Shown: positions 29,200-44,322, counted from the first letter of the whole stretch. The stretch: DNA of 63,680 bases, filler included, from Collodictyon triciliatum (GCA_043381765.1; 5 parts of 5 records of this genome joined end to end with filler, not necessarily neighbours in it), one strand, 5' to 3'. The notes: a model not told the origin generated them from the letters alone. A program made the numbers and translations.

Positions 29200-29886
29200 A
29201 AAACAAAACAAAAACAAAAACAAAAACAAAAACAAAAACAAAAACAAAAACAAAACAAAAACAAAACAAAAACAAAACAAAAACAAAACAAAAACAAAAC
29301 AAAAACAAAACAAAAACAAAACAAAAACAATAACAAAACAAACAATGAAATAAAGTAAAATAAAAGTAAAATAAATAAATTAAAAATAAATTAAAAATAA
29401 AAGTAAAAATAAAATAAAATAAAACAAAAACAAAAACAAAATTATAATAGGTAGATTAAGAATAAGGAAAATAAATTATTAGAGTATATAATAATTCATA
29501 TTTATGAATGGCTTGTGCGACCCTCAGTTTTTTCTCTTGTTAAATTGAAGACATCCAATATGAATATTCTTTTTTTTATGCATATATATTTAAGACATAA
29601 TAATATATTGCTTGAGTGCGTGCCTGTAGTGTTCTTACCTTAATCTCCCTAGCTCTTCATTTCAAGTGTGTATTTATACTGTTTACTGTCTGAAGGATGA
29701 GTGGCTGGATGGAGAATAGCGAGCGTGCTTTGACAACGCAATCGGAGACCATTTAGCCCAAACAGAGGGGGCTTCAGAGAAAAGAGAGAAGCGTAGAACC
29801 TATTGCTGTATACATTTGTTAATGCCATTCCAATATAAAAAAAAAATTGCAGTTAAGCACTTAAGCTGCCTCTAGCGACCGCAATA

Positions 29887-29921
<35 letters not shown>

Positions 29922-30809
29922 ACAATCTATGACCTTGGTTTCGGAGAAATACTTTAAAAACGCATTAGAGAAAATCAAAAAAAAAATCTATTCACCACGT
30001 TACAAATTATTTCTTGCTTATGTTTTCTAATTCAAACAGAGTGGTGCATGATTTCTCTATGTTGTTTCGGAGAACATGGATGAAGGCATTTAACACATCA
30101 ATAGAAAAATACCACGTTTGAACGTGCAAGATATTGACGAATTTTTTTAATTGTGTATTCTCCGAAGCCATTCATAGGCGGGCACTATTCGGTAGCTGCA
30201 AATTGTTTGTTTTAGTCATATACTAATTCTACGAAATCAGGGTACTTAAAATAAGCGAGAATAATAGGGTGACTGTGGCTGTGGGAATGATTTATTGGTG
30301 GGAATACTATATCTTGGATTCGCGTTGTGCATGAATACCTGTGAAAGAAGCTAGAGATTTGCTATCTAGATGTTCTCTGACACCAAAGATGAACTTAAAT
30401 TTGGAGAATGCTGAACAATGTGTATTCTAAATATATATTAAAAAAAAAACTCAGGAAAGGATTGGAGTAATTCAATTTTAATTCACGGAATCATTTTCAG
30501 AGTTGATGCTTACGTTTGTTCTCTAGTGAGCATGGTAGGGGACATAGAATTCCAGGAAGTATTGCGTATATAAATAGAGCAGTTTTTTAATTGAGTTCAA
30601 TGTGCTTGGTTTTGTAGCTGTGCGGTTCACAGTATGAAGATATTTGATCAACTACTAACCTCTTCATGAATAATCGGGATGTTATGCTTCAATTCACTTA
30701 TGATAAATTCAAAAAGCTATAATAAAAAGCCAAGGTAATCCGGAACAGAAATTATACAAATCAATCGTCAAGGAGGAGCATTCATAATTTCTGCAATAAT
30801 TATTTAGAT

Positions 30810-32697
30810 ATGATACCATCCTCCGGGCGTAGCATGCTTAAGGGCCAGATAAAAAGTGGCAGCAGCACTGAATTTTCAAGAATACCGAACAGGACCTCAG
30901 AGCATTCAAATCCCAGTACAGAAAGGGTATTATCAAATAGAAACCATCATCACGCTGGTCCTTCTCATGCCAACTCCTCAACTCCCAAACACCATGAGAA
31001 TCCAGCACCACTTTTGGCTCAGAAGCAGCCATTCTCTGGCGAAAAAATGTGTTGCATTCTGGAGCACATCGTTGGATGCGAGAAAAGGAAGAATGTATTT
31101 GTCGTTGGACAAAAAAACGATGGAAAGAGTGATTTGATAAGATTATTGACAGCTGCCTCAGTCTATCCAGAGGTATTTGTAACACCACAAGCGGTTGAAG
31201 ACGTGTATCGAAAATTTCCAGAACAAAAGCTTCTCACTAATGTCATTAAGGTAGGAGATGTCTCGATGAAATTGATTGAAACTCATGGATTTGAATCTGT
31301 TGTTAACGGAGAAGAAGTAGATTTGGTAATGGAGACGATTTTTTCATCGTCCATGGAGGAGAATGTAGAGAACGTAATCATGCTTGTAATTTCGGGAGGT
31401 CACAACAGATCGACCAACATTCAAGAGAACATGAGGTTATTTTTCGAGACTACATTATCTCTTGATATGCAGCAAGAAATCATCATTGTGTGGACCAAAA
31501 ATATATTTGAAAGTAAGCATTCTGCTAAGGACTGTTTGCAAAGATACGGCTTAGAGGGAATACTAGATGAATCAATTTTTCCTATTGATAACCAATTCGC
31601 TTCACTTAACTCGACGGAAGGGAACTTAGAAGTTTGGAATACGCATACGAAACGTAAAGCGATCGATTTGATGGCGTACATTGCCCAATTTTCACCAGTT
31701 AAGCATAGGAGAAGCCCAATTGACTTGAACTATGATTACATAAAAACTGATTTGATGATTAAAAGTAAATCTCGTGAGCTTGAAAAAATGAATGAGATGA
31801 AGAGAAAGCTGAAATTTAAACAGGCTGACCGAAAAAGACCGCAAACCCTATTCATCGAATGCCAGTTACATAAGCTTAGAAATAAGATAGGTAATATTTT
31901 TGCAGCTGATTTGCAGTAGATGGTACTATTTGTCCCACCAAGACATTTTTCCTTCTTTTTTTTTTACTTTAACATCGAATTTTGAAACATTCTGTGACTT
32001 AGATATTTGCGACTGCCAAGGCGATTATTCCATTCATGATGTGAATGAACTGATTCAGTCTTTGGATGATAGCATCAGGGATTTAAGGAAAGAGCAAAGA
32101 GTCTTGAACGAAACGTTAGCAAGGAGAAGTATGTTTTCGAACGTTTCCTTTACACACAATTTTATTCTGATATGTGATTAACACTTAGATTCAGCAAACT
32201 CACAAGGGTATGATGAATGGAATCAATTTGGTTCAAACTGTTCTTTCATGAATGGTATATTTGATCCGTGCGCACGTAACTATTACAACAAACAAAGACC
32301 AGAAGATGAAAAATTGGAAGAGAAAATTGAAAAAAATAAGAGAATGTTATTTGAAAAAAAAAAGAGTCTGGACCAGCTCGAAGGCGAGTCCAGATATTCA
32401 AAATTTATGGTCAAATGTGAGAGATGTGGAAATAAGTTATACACTGCTGGTAGGTAATTTGATTGAATGTTATTGTAAAGCTATGTAATTCACATGAGTC
32501 TATACTATAAATTAGCCAGCTGCACTGAATGTTTGCCACGTGATTACAAAGTCATTGCCACTACAAATATAATTTCGCATACTTCATGGGCAAATGTCGA
32601 AGATGTGGAGGACGCCATCGAAGACCTTGAAAAGGATATCTTCCACCTTGGATTGAGAAAGATGAATCTAATCATTTTGACATCAACTCTTAAATAA
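30810..32697 (+). CDS. Divergent P-loop GTPase (AIG1/septin-like TRAFAC) with coiled coil and a CxxC..CxxC motif
   Basis: Long exon 30810-31890 has VFVVGQKNDGKSDLI (G1), LIETHGF (G3-like) and IIVWTK (G4-like). Downstream in-frame exons (about 32003/32021-32128, 32189-32449 and 32515-32697) are charged/helical and contain CERC..CTEC. An AG acceptor just before 30810 suggests upstream exons. Confidence 0.6.
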
Positions 32698-33481
32698 CTC
32701 TTCTTTTCCTTCACACTTTGACTACTTTCCCCTCAATAACAAACAATTGAATGAAAGATGTTAAGGGAATCGTTGGAATAAGAATAAAATTAAATATGGG
32801 ATGTCAGGCCAATTTCAAAAAGGCATTCATGCTCCTATGTATACTTGTTTTTGGATGCTTGAAAATTTTATGCCCAGAACGCTGTTCACAAAAGTTTTTT
32901 TTTTTTTTGAAATCTTATCTGATTCGTTTATATAATGATATTGGTGTACTCCTCCTAGTATAAAGTATAATTCAATGTCATTTAGCCCGTATGAAGAGTG
33001 GGTACCCCTATTTATGCATAGCCATGTCTCTTACACAGCTGCTCCAGGGTCTGGTGCAAATCATCTGAATTGCTGATTGTGAAGGAATGATACGATAACA
33101 GCGAATAGAAGTGCGTACCAGCCCCAGGCAATATCTCGACCCACATCATGCCATTTTATCAGAATTGGTTCATAATAAAAGAAAACTTTCAAGCAATCTA
33201 ATTGTTCCGCCATTTCATCTCTTCGAATTAGAACTCATTATGGTGCTGTGAAAAATAATCAATACACTACATAACAAATAGAATTTATGCCACGATAAAT
33301 CCAGCGAGCTTTCTTGCTTTCTTTTTACTTTTCTATAGTAGTTCAAAAAAGGAAAAGAAACTCAACAGGATAAAAAAAAAAGGATTTGGCTAGTGGTAGA
33401 AAGGGCATGTACAATTCAAGGCGGTGGGAGACGATAATAATCGATTTGAAGATATAAGGGGGAGCCAGCAGCAGCAGATGG

Positions 33482-33526
<45 letters not shown>

Positions 33527-33853
33527 CAATGATAATGATAAGCGGGCGCGTACTGTGCTTTTGTGTGCAGGTATTTTCTAAATATAGTTAGTGCCTTAAG
33601 ACGTATACACATCATTTCATCATGGCCATGCTTCTTGCATACAAGCCTGGAAGCAAGCAGAATCACAGAAATGAAAAAAATGAAAGAAAACAAGGAAAAT
33701 ACACAAACGCAAAAAGCCTGTCCGATCTTTGAAAAGCGGGTACTCCTAGTTGACCTGGCTCATTGCTCTGTTCGTACTCTCTTCTACCCGTTCGCTGCCA
33801 TGCTTTGTTTGTTGCTTGACTCTCTTCCCTCCAACTGCAGATCCTGGTGCAGA

Positions 33854-34074
33854 ATGGCTCAGAACCCTGGGTTTGTGCTATGGCCTTCTGCTGCTTCCAG
33901 TGCCACGAATGGCGAGGACACAATCAGTTATGACACCCTCGATTTGATCGGAAAACTGGGTTTGTCACTTTCTCACACTTGCATACTTTTTTTTATTACT
34001 ATTTCTATCAATCATAATATAACTATTATTATTTGTTGGCTTGTTTGTTATGAATAATCTTGCTTTGAATTCAA

Positions 34075-34116
<42 letters not shown>

Positions 34117-36628
34117 GCGCTATGCACTATTTATGACTCTAAGCATAGACAGAAACTTTGCACACACTCTTATGCTCTCCTCCTTATCTAAACTGAATTT
34201 TACCAAGGTATCAACGACGAACCAAACAGAGCCCAAACACAGGCGGAGTTTGGCAGACCAGCCAGCAATATTAGCTCGTTGTTCGTGCATCCCAGAGTAT
34301 TTACTTAATTAAAAATATTTTTGATATGAAAAGATATGGGTTTCTATGCGGACAGTCAAAAAAAAAAGCGTGTTTCTTTTTCTGTGGTGACTCAATACAG
34401 CAGCAGATCAGGGGAAGAAAGTTTTCACGCTCGCTCCTGTTTTCTGCTGATCACAATATATTATCTATACTAACGATTGCAACAAAACAATTAAGGAAAA
34501 TAGCTTACCACCAACCTCTACGCCAACTGATTATCCTCGATATGACAACGGAATTTTCGGTAACCACAGAATATTGTAATCTTCGAACTTATTTTTCACA
34601 TTCAAAAGGATAATAAGTTATTGTTGTTGTTTTCACAAAGTATTTTATCAGGAAACCATTCCCCACTCTTTCAACCGCAACTTGGTAGTCCTGATTGGCC
34701 CGCAAACTCAAACACTGATTCCTATTCGTTCAACAGACGTAATTCTTTCCAGCTTGAATCACGTCCCGTGAGAACTCAAACCAATCATTCTTTCCTCCTT
34801 CATATGATATTGATATTGATTTTAGTATCTTGAATCGAATAAAGGGAAAAATATTGAATTTGTTTTGAAAAAATAATTCCACTGTCCTATATTTTACTAT
34901 TACTTCAGCAAGGAGACTTCGGTTCACCTGGACTTTCTTCGCATATTGCATCATCGCCTAGCAGCCAATACCGTGATTTTCGTGATTTCAACAGACCCGC
35001 CCAAAATCACACGAACTCTTTTCTCTCGGGCCAGATCAATCCCCAGCTTGGCGGAAATCTCCATGGTTCTCCAATACAGTCATCATTTCACATTCAATGT
35101 TAGTTCATGAATATTACCCAACAGAAAAAAATACATTTATTATTCTTTTTTTTAAAAAAAATTGGACACATATAAAATTATTTCCCTTTATGCCCTAATA
35201 AAGTCTCTGTTTAGATTACCAGGATGCAAGACATACTCCAGGCGGCCCTGATTCTCGTCGGAATCCTGTATGTTTTTGTTTTTGTTGTGTTTTTGTTGTT
35301 GTTTTTACCATATACTCACGCTGCTTTCTCCATTAAATCCTTATTTCATGTCAAATGCGCTGTCTCACAATTTTTGTATTACAATTTACACAATCCTTAA
35401 ATTGTCTTGTATCTACCGTTCTGTTAATATCAAATCATGATTTCATAGGATGCTCAAATACTCTCCTCATCTCCTATGCATTCATTTGTTGGAAATGAAC
35501 AGCAAGCTCCATCTCAAACTCGTGTGGTAAGATAAAAAAATTATATCTTTGAAAGATTAGATACTCTATTGAAAAGGCCGATATATAGCGTATTCTTTTT
35601 TCTTTTCTTTAAAATTTGAAGTATTCTATCTGCACCAGGATAATAGCTTTCATGCTTCTTTTTTTTTAAAAAAAAGCAGCCTCGCATTCCAACGGCAAAG
35701 CCCACTCAGACACTGAAAGAACCGAACTCTATTTCTACACTGACACAAACACTCGCACCTTCAAATTCTGTCCGAAAGGTTTACTTTGATGTTTTCATAT
35801 TTGCATTTGATATGGTAGTGGTCTGCAGTTTTACCGTTCATATGAATGAATCTTTTGAAATTAAGGATTATTTTAATTCTCTTTAGTTTATATAAGATGC
35901 ATCGATTTATCATCAATGTTCTCAAATGAGCTGTTTTCTGAAATATTCTTAGCATCACCAAAAGCATGTTAGAAAGCTACCTATTGTTATACAGACAGCA
36001 CCTAAACAACGACCCCAATTTAACAATCCGAATCATTTTTACTTAATGAACGATGTAATGCCTACATTTATAGCGCATTTTCAATATCTAATTTTGTCAT
36101 ATAAATTTTTACACCAAGTCCCAATGTAGATTTAGCCATTGCTAATCTTAAGTTGTATACAAAGTAGTACAAGAACATTGTAAACAGATAATCAAAGCAA
36201 CAACGCACATATAACATAAAAATACAAATTCTTTGTATTTCCAGTTCGAGATAGAGATGATGATTCGAAATCAGTTGTCGTCGCTTCAGCTTTCTGAATC
36301 ATATACTGATGATTATTATTATCAACAAATAATGAGGAAAGGAGAAGGTCCATTTTTCCCCCTTCTATCATAAATAAAAATAAAAAAAAAAGGTTAATAT
36401 GAGTTCCATATTATACCAAATTAGAATACCATAGCAACAATTTCATATATTTACTTTTAATGCTAATCAACAGGAGAAAAATATATCCTTCCATTTCCCG
36501 AGATGCCTGCAGTTTCCAGACGAACTCTTGATTCAGGTATTCTCATTTCAATTATATTGATCCTTTGTATTCTAATTCTCATTCCATATCATGTTTTGAA
36601 AAATGCGCCTGCAACCGAGGTTATATTA

Positions 36629-36706
<78 letters not shown>

Positions 36707-39307
36707 ATCTTCGTTTTGTCATCGCGTTTTTGTAACCCTGGTGACCAAACAATATGCACAACAAACCTAGGAATATATGCAACTGTCCTTGGAAAACCTG
36801 TGATTCACTGCTCCAAAACTCCTAAAACGATGTTGCAAATATCATCTGCTAAAGATGTCTCGATTGAGGCAACAGGTAATTGCTGATAATTGCTGATTTG
36901 CTGCAATATTAGGTCATAGTTTGAATCGCAAATGTATATATTAATTTTTTTTAAAAAAAAATCAAATATTAAAGAGACCCCACCCACTTCTGAGACAATA
37001 CCAACTGCTCCAGAAAAGACATGCTCTGTAGTACCCAATATACTTTACACATCCAGTCCGAATTTAATCTCAAAGACCCGATCCTGTGTATGATTTTTCT
37101 TAAATACAATCACTTCACATAGAGACCAGCAGGATTGAATCCCTCCTTTGACGAATCAGCAAAAGTATGTTCTCCTAAGCTTAGGAAGTTGATTGAGTCG
37201 GCATATGACTCACTCCTAACTGTTGAAGAGATAGACTCAAACACTCGAAGTCAAATGATTTACCCACAATTCAACAGGTATAGCCATTCCCACATTAACG
37301 ATTAGGGCTGTTATTCTTTCGTCCTATTTGATTTATTTCTGTTGTCCTGTTTTCCTCTATGCTCTAAAACTTGCATATTCTGTTGTAATCAAAATCGATT
37401 TCCCAATTCGTATTCGATAAATGCTGGAGTCATCTTTTCCGTTTTTTTCTTTTTTTCCGTTTTTTCTTTTTTCTTTTTTCTTTTTTCTTTTTTCTTTTTT
37501 CTTTTTTCTTTTTTCTTTTTTCTTTTTCTTCGTAAATTTTAAAATTAAGTGCTCCTTTATAATTCATATTCTATCCGAGATGACTTTACCATTTCAATAT
37601 GTATTTTCACTTTCCTTTCTATTTGGCTGCATATGCACCAGGCACGGTTTGGAGGACAAACGCAGTAAAGCAACACATGCAATATTTGAAGCATTTAGTT
37701 TGGCAGAGCTTCAGTTTTGCATTTCGTATGGCTCTTTTGATCAACCGTTCCACTTATCTATGTTTCTATACTTTGGAAAAATATAAATAATCATTATATT
37801 TTATATTTCTAGTAAAATCTTTCTTTCAAATTGATAAGTCTGCTAAATCAATATTTCCTTTTTCCGAAGAGCCCCAGTGACAGCTACATTCTGCCAGTTC
37901 TACACCTCGCCGAAAGGAAGGAGACTTGTTGGGCGCTCAATCACCTATTTGCATCCCCAACACATTGCTGTATTAGTTGGAGCATTTCTCAAAGTTCCGA
38001 ACCTTCTTTCATTCACTTCAATCGAAGTACGTCTTTTCTTAAGATTCAGCTTCATATTTGACCTTTTAAAAACAAACAAACAAACAAACAAACAAACAAA
38101 CAAACAAACAAACAAACAAACAAACAAACAAACAAACAAACAAACAAACAAACAAACAGCATCGATATGCATGTATTGAAAAACATGTATTTACCTGGGT
38201 TGTTGCTCAATCTGAGTAATTTAGGAATCACTGGCCACCGACCAAATAATTCATTCGCTTTCCCAAGCCATACAGCGCTGCAATTTTGAGCAAACACTCA
38301 AAGTAATTTTTAATTTATATTCTTGTATTGCTTTCATTTTTCTCACACTAAAAAAAAAAGAAGTAAAAAGGGGTATTTTATTTTCTCATATTGGGTCATA
38401 AAATCCTGAGTTATATATGTATTTTGATGGACATAGCTCCTCTTATAACTACGACAACATCCATTTTTCAGTTCTTAGAAGATTGTCTAATAGCACTCCA
38501 TCATGCTTTTGTTTCTGTTTTTTAATTTTTGATTTTTGCTTTTTGCTTTTTGCTTTTTGATTTTTTCTTTTTGATTTTTGCTTTTACATATATTGCCAAA
38601 CAGATACTGGAAGATATGCTTCTTGCCAAGCCTGGAATGGACCTCTTATCTACTGTCCTTGTTTATCAAGTTAGTCTTAATCCACTTTATTGAGAGTATT
38701 CAGTTTTTAGAAGGGTAAGAAACCAAAAGAAATAAAACAGTTCATCAAAGAAAACAGTGACTCATCCTTGTCTCTTTGAATCAACCATCAGCCCGCAACC
38801 AAACTGATCACCTGTGTTCTTGAGCAAGTTGGTCGTAGCCTCATGAACTGCCGGGAGAATGATATCCCATTGGTTCCTCGGTGGTAAAAGAAAAAAAATT
38901 TCTGCTGGCAACGATGCTCTTGACATAAGATATCAAATGCATATATGTTTAAAATATATATAAAACTTCTCACCCTATCTGCCCTTTAGATATATTGAAA
39001 TAGATTCACACAAATAAAATCAATTGAGCGTGATTATGTCCCAAACAGGCTTGCCATATCTCATGAAATGACCCGACGCATGGATGGCACTTATGTCGAT
39101 CTTCTCGGCTCTGCAGATGATGATATCTCACTGCTACAGTTCTGGGCCACGGTTGCTTCTCTTGCTGACCCCATTCAAAAGCAGAATATGAAAGCAAATC
39201 TCATGCATGGGTAATTTATGTCTGTGCGATGTCATTGTAGTGTTTGCATCTAACCTCCCTTTCGCTATTACCGTTAATCGGACGAGGGACACTTCCCCCC
39301 CCCCCCC

Positions 39308-39341
<34 letters not shown>

Positions 39342-39454
39342 AACAAAAAAAAAAAAAAAAAAATCAATACAAAAAGAACTGTCGCAACTAATAATCCATT
39401 CTGTCCGTCGACAGGAAAGTAACAGAGAAAAAAGAGAACCCATATGCTTTCTAA
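33854..39454 (+). CDS. PAT1: PAT1 (mRNA decapping activator / P-body scaffold) homolog, many small exons
   Basis: Exon peptides in PAT1 order: EIEMMIRNQLSSL..YTDDYYYQ (about 36246-36347), VLGKPVIHCSKTPKTMLQI (about 36771-36876), RKLIESAYDSLLTVEEID (about 37180), FCQFYTSPKGRRLVGRSITYL (about 37890) and LLQFWATVASLADPIQKQ (about 39130). The N-terminal exons are low complexity, and the start and end are approximate. Confidence 0.72.
38070..38158. repeat. (AAAC)n intronic microsatellite
   Basis: Direct reading; PAT1 intron. Confidence 0.95.
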
Positions 39455-40014
39455 ATGTCAGAAGGCAATATTATGGTTGTAAAAAGGTGACTGACATCAA
39501 CCCCAAATCCACAGGGAACTCACATCGATGTTGCCTAAGACAAGCCAGCACACACTCAACCTCACAAAGATACTGGAAATTCCTCTGTAATGGATGATTC
39601 CTCATCACCGAAGCCATTCCACCCGGAGCATAGCGGGACGCGCAACCAAAGCAACGTGATAGTCTTGATAAACACAACAATTCTTTGCCAATTGCATTGC
39701 ATTGCATTACATTACATCATCCAAAGAAAGATTGGGTTGCGTGTGCCTTTTCATCCATCCGGGTGACTTGAATGTCCCAGTGCTCCAGGCGGCCGTGGTG
39801 TGTTTCAGAAAACTCGTATAATGTGTGGCTATGATGGACATCACATCGTGTCATATCATGTCATGAGCCGCTTTGCACATGCCCAAGTCTGGTGCGTTTC
39901 CTACCTTTTGTAAATCGTTGCAATATTTATTATTATCATTATTTTTTTCTTTAAAAACAACCAGGCAACATCACGCCTTTGGGGCTGTTGCTTTACTTTC
40001 TAGCGAGGAGTTCT

Positions 40015-40670
40015 TTACTGGTTGTTCTCACTTGAGGGTGATTCGGTCGCGTTCTCAGGCTTTGTCCCGGGCGATTGTGTCAGAACGACCACATCCTGTT
40101 TCTCATGTGACTCTGAGTGGTGTGGGTATTTGACAATCATCGTGTCCAAAAACTCGAGCGTCGATTTCCGCTCTGCTTCCAGACGTGCTTCGTCCCATTT
40201 CAAGTGTTCGGCCATAATTCTGAGAGGATTTGAATAATTAAAATAGAGAATCAACTAGCTTGATTAAGAGCCAAGATGAAATCATCAGATGTGCTTTACT
40301 TTCTCCATTGATATTAGATGTGCTTGAGGAAGCAGATACATAAATTCTGGAGAAAATATTAAAAATGAATGGGAATGGAATTGCAAACTGGAGCACTCGC
40401 GGCAAAGCATTGACCGCTTCTTGCTGGTCCAGGAAGGCAAGGCGGGTGCGATATGCTAAAACGTCCACCGCAGTGCAGGCGTATTCATGCTTTATTGCGT
40501 AGACAACTTCAGCCTCAAGGTAGGGATATTTCGGTGATAGAGGGGCGCTGTATCCATTCATGGCGATATTTGCTACGGGGATGGCCCTGTCACCTGTTCA
40601 TTCGAGTTTTTATTTTATCGTATATTTTAATAATATGACATTTCTACAATAATAATAATTGAAGTCTATC

Positions 40671-40741
<71 letters not shown>

Positions 40742-43700
40742 AAAAAGCGGGGTTCTGCTACCATATGACTTGCTCAAATGCTTAGCGATATGGATGTCGA
40801 GCGAATCTATAAAAGCAGAATATGCTGCATTAGAACATGGCAGTATATGCACCCAAGAATACTTGATTTCTGATGTTGGGATTTCGATTTACTTGGTTCT
40901 GCTTACTTACATAACTGTGCCAGAGTGGTAAACAACTTTAAATCGTAGCGGTGGGCTCCAATGAGTTTATCGGTATCTGTGGTGCTCTCGTGTGTTTCTC
41001 CAAACTTTCCAATCTACTCCAAAAAAGAAAGAAACCGATATATATTTTCAATGATTTTTAAAAAAATGAAATAAAACGAAACTAGTTGACAGAATGTTTA
41101 CAATCTCCTTAATCATAAATTATATACATAAATAATGAACTTGAAATAAGACAAACCAGCTTGATTTTATCCACTGCGTCTTGCGAAATTCGTCGATATG
41201 TTGTCCAGTTTCCTCCGGTGACAGATATCAGATTAGATGAACTGACATGTATGACATGGTGGCGGCTAATCTGAGAGGTGTGAGTGGCACTCGGGTCCAC
41301 TGCTAAAGGCCGAATCCCACTCCAGCAGGCCTAGAGTCATACGTGATAATTTTGCATGGATTTCTGGGGTATAGCTTGTAGAAGTATATAGATCAAGGTG
41401 CGTCGTTGCATAAAGGCAAGTTAAAATCTTTTCAAAAAGCTACTGAGTCCCCTAGATACCTTCACATCCTCGCGTCGCACAGGGATACCAAGGTAATTCG
41501 ATATTTCGTCTAAAATATTCTATTCACGTGATTAGTTTCTTGCTTCGTTTCTGCAGATAAAATTACACTAGGTGTGAATCCGTGAATGATTGGGTGTCCT
41601 GTTATTTTTTTTCCAATTATGTATGCTCGTATCATAGCGTGCCACATACCTCTACTTGCTCCTCTGTTGCCTTTGGTAAATCAGAAGGGCTTGCAGGATA
41701 GTCTGTTGTTCCAGCTAATGTCATGTCCTCCCACTACAAATTGTATGACAGAATCGAATCAGTCACAGTGGCGTGCACGCTCATAATAATTGCCTGAATA
41801 ATGGAAGCAAATTCAATTGGATTGCGGTTTCAATATGCGTCTGCAGATGGAATATTCACAAACAGGGAGAAGAAACATAATTCGGTCGTCCTTCGTGTGT
41901 GGTATAATCATCCCCGTTGAGTTTGGCGAATAGTAATCTGGCAGTACAACCTGATTTTTGTTTTCGTGGTTTACTTGACTGGTCGCGGTGTTTATATTCA
42001 TGCAATATATTGACAATTTTTTCGGCATTTCGTGTAAATATTTGAAATATTTGACTATATTTTGTATTTTAATGAAGTAATGACACCCACATGCACACCA
42101 GCACTGGGCGCGACGACAGGTTTATGCTTCGGGTCATCCATATTCACAACAGAATCTATTAACGTTTAAGCATCAAGCTCTTTTCATTTTCAAATAAATT
42201 AATCTGAATATAATAGCTTCCATCCTTTCCGTATTCAAATTGGAAGTTATGCATATAATATTTTTTTAAAAAAAAACCAGAGAAAGCCCCAGTGGCATTG
42301 ACAACAACTTTGGCGTATACGTCCCAAGTCTCGTTTGCAATTTTCTATTAATTCGTCGAAAAGTTATGATGCGTAGAATAATATGATAATCTTACTAGGT
42401 GAAAAGGGCATTGGTACAATAGCTTGAATAAAATGGATTCTTCATACGTCCCGGAGCTTGGCACCGCATACTTTGCCGTTCTCGTCCTTAATTAAGTGCT
42501 CGACTTCGACATAGTTTGCGACAACGGCACCCTTTCAAAATAAATCAGAGGTCATTCTAAATGTACCGAGTATTGGACATTGTGCCCGGTGGACATTTCC
42601 GTGTTTCTGTAATTTTAGGATGTCTAATAAGAATCAAACTTGAGTAGCAGCAGTCAATGCCAATGAGACACACATACGCGAATCGTTCATCTGAGCATCA
42701 TAATATACCACGGCGCCAATAAGCCCGATTTTCTTAATCTGTGGTATAACTGATGAAATTAAAAAAAAATGAAAAATGAAAATCGAGTGAACTTTGAAAT
42801 GAAAATGAAAAAAAATGGTGTATATGAACACAACCATTGGGAATTGACGCAGGGTTTCCTCTCTTGTCATATAATGACTTCGATAAAGCTTGTTACTTCC
42901 CGCAATCAGATCAAAAAACTTTGCAGCAAGCCAGTATTTGGACAGCTACACATTAACATAATGTGAGGAATTCGAATATATATATATATATTTATTCTTG
43001 TTCAGTATGTCCGGATGATAGTAAAAATCTTAAAAATGACATTTTTGATCAATATAAAATAAGGGATGATCAAAACCTCTTTTATATCATAAATCGGTGT
43101 CATAATTGGAATTGCATTTGTTAAGTGTGGCGCCGACCGGATGATGATGTTTCGCTCTTGCAGAGATTCTGCAACCATGTTCAATTCCATCCGGTCTCTC
43201 TGTCGGATGGCTTTCTCCAAGTAACGAACTCCTCCGTAAATAAGTTTTGTTCCACGTGACGATGCGCCTGAAGCAAAGTCTCCACGGTCGACCATTGCAC
43301 AGCGAAGTCCGCGCGAGGTTGCATCCAGTGTGATTCCGCCGCCGGTTGCGCCGCCTCCAATCACAAGCACATCAAAGCTGTTCTCTCTGATTGACGGTAA
43401 AGAATGTTGAGCATTTATCGAGATGTGTTTTTAGAACAGAAGGATTGACTTTCCGTTCTCATAATTACTATGATTGTGATTATGATTGTGATTATGATTG
43501 TGATTATGATTGTGATTGTGATTGTGATTGTGATTATGATTGTGATTATGATTGTGATTATGATTGTGATTATGATTGTGATTATGATTGTGATTATGAT
43601 TGTGATTGTGATTGTGATTGTGATTGTGATTGTGATTGTGATTGTGTTTATGATTGTGATTGCTACTGTTATTGTAACTCAAATTCAATAAAATCGGGTA

Positions 43701-44322
43701 ATGAAGTAATTAATAATGATGGAGTGTAGTTTATTTGTGGTAGTAATATGTAAATTAACAAAAGTATCCGAGATACCATATTAAATAGGGAAATTTCAAA
43801 TATTAAGCTATGGACATGATATAAAGGAATCTACCAAAACCCAAGCAAAAGTAGAGATATTATGAAGTGAGAAAAAAAAAAGGAGGTGTGAGTCCTTTCG
43901 CGAATGATAGCAAACTATACTCCAAGATTCAGGCATATACTGAGAGCGAGATAGAATGAAGAAAAAAAAGAAGAGTAAAGATATTGCTGGTAATTAATCT
44001 GCATTAATTTACTCATATATGTATTTAGATGTGCATTTATGTTGCTTAGTAAACGGAATATTCAAGGAGCGTGGTCTCGAGAGACTTACTTGTAGTTTGC
44101 ATGCTTCAAGCGCTGAATGTGCATCGAACGGGGCGGCGGCTCTGGAAGAGGCTGTTCGTTGGTCTTTACTGGAAGATGCATCGGAAGACTCGATCGCAAC
44201 TCCACAAACGCGAAGGCCGCAGCGCCCGCGGCAAATGCTCCGACAGCCCAGGAGCCGATTCGGTGCCTGCGACTTGCAAGACGGACGCGAAGCTGCTCCA
44301 CAAACCCAGAAACCTTGTCCAT
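40015..44322 (-). CDS. GPD2: Mitochondrial FAD-dependent glycerol-3-phosphate dehydrogenase, about 15 exons
   Basis: FDVLVIGGGATGGG, DFASGASSRGTKLIYGGVRYLE, YYDAQMNDSR, VVNATGAFSD, LAGTTD, WSGIRPL, VTGGNWTTYR and YPYLEAEVVYAIKHEYACTAVDVLAYRTRLAFLD. There is an N-terminal targeting/TM segment and no C-terminal EF-hand. Confidence 0.94.
43465..43661. repeat. (GATTRT)n intronic hexamer repeat
   Basis: Direct reading; GPD2 intron 1. Confidence 0.95.
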
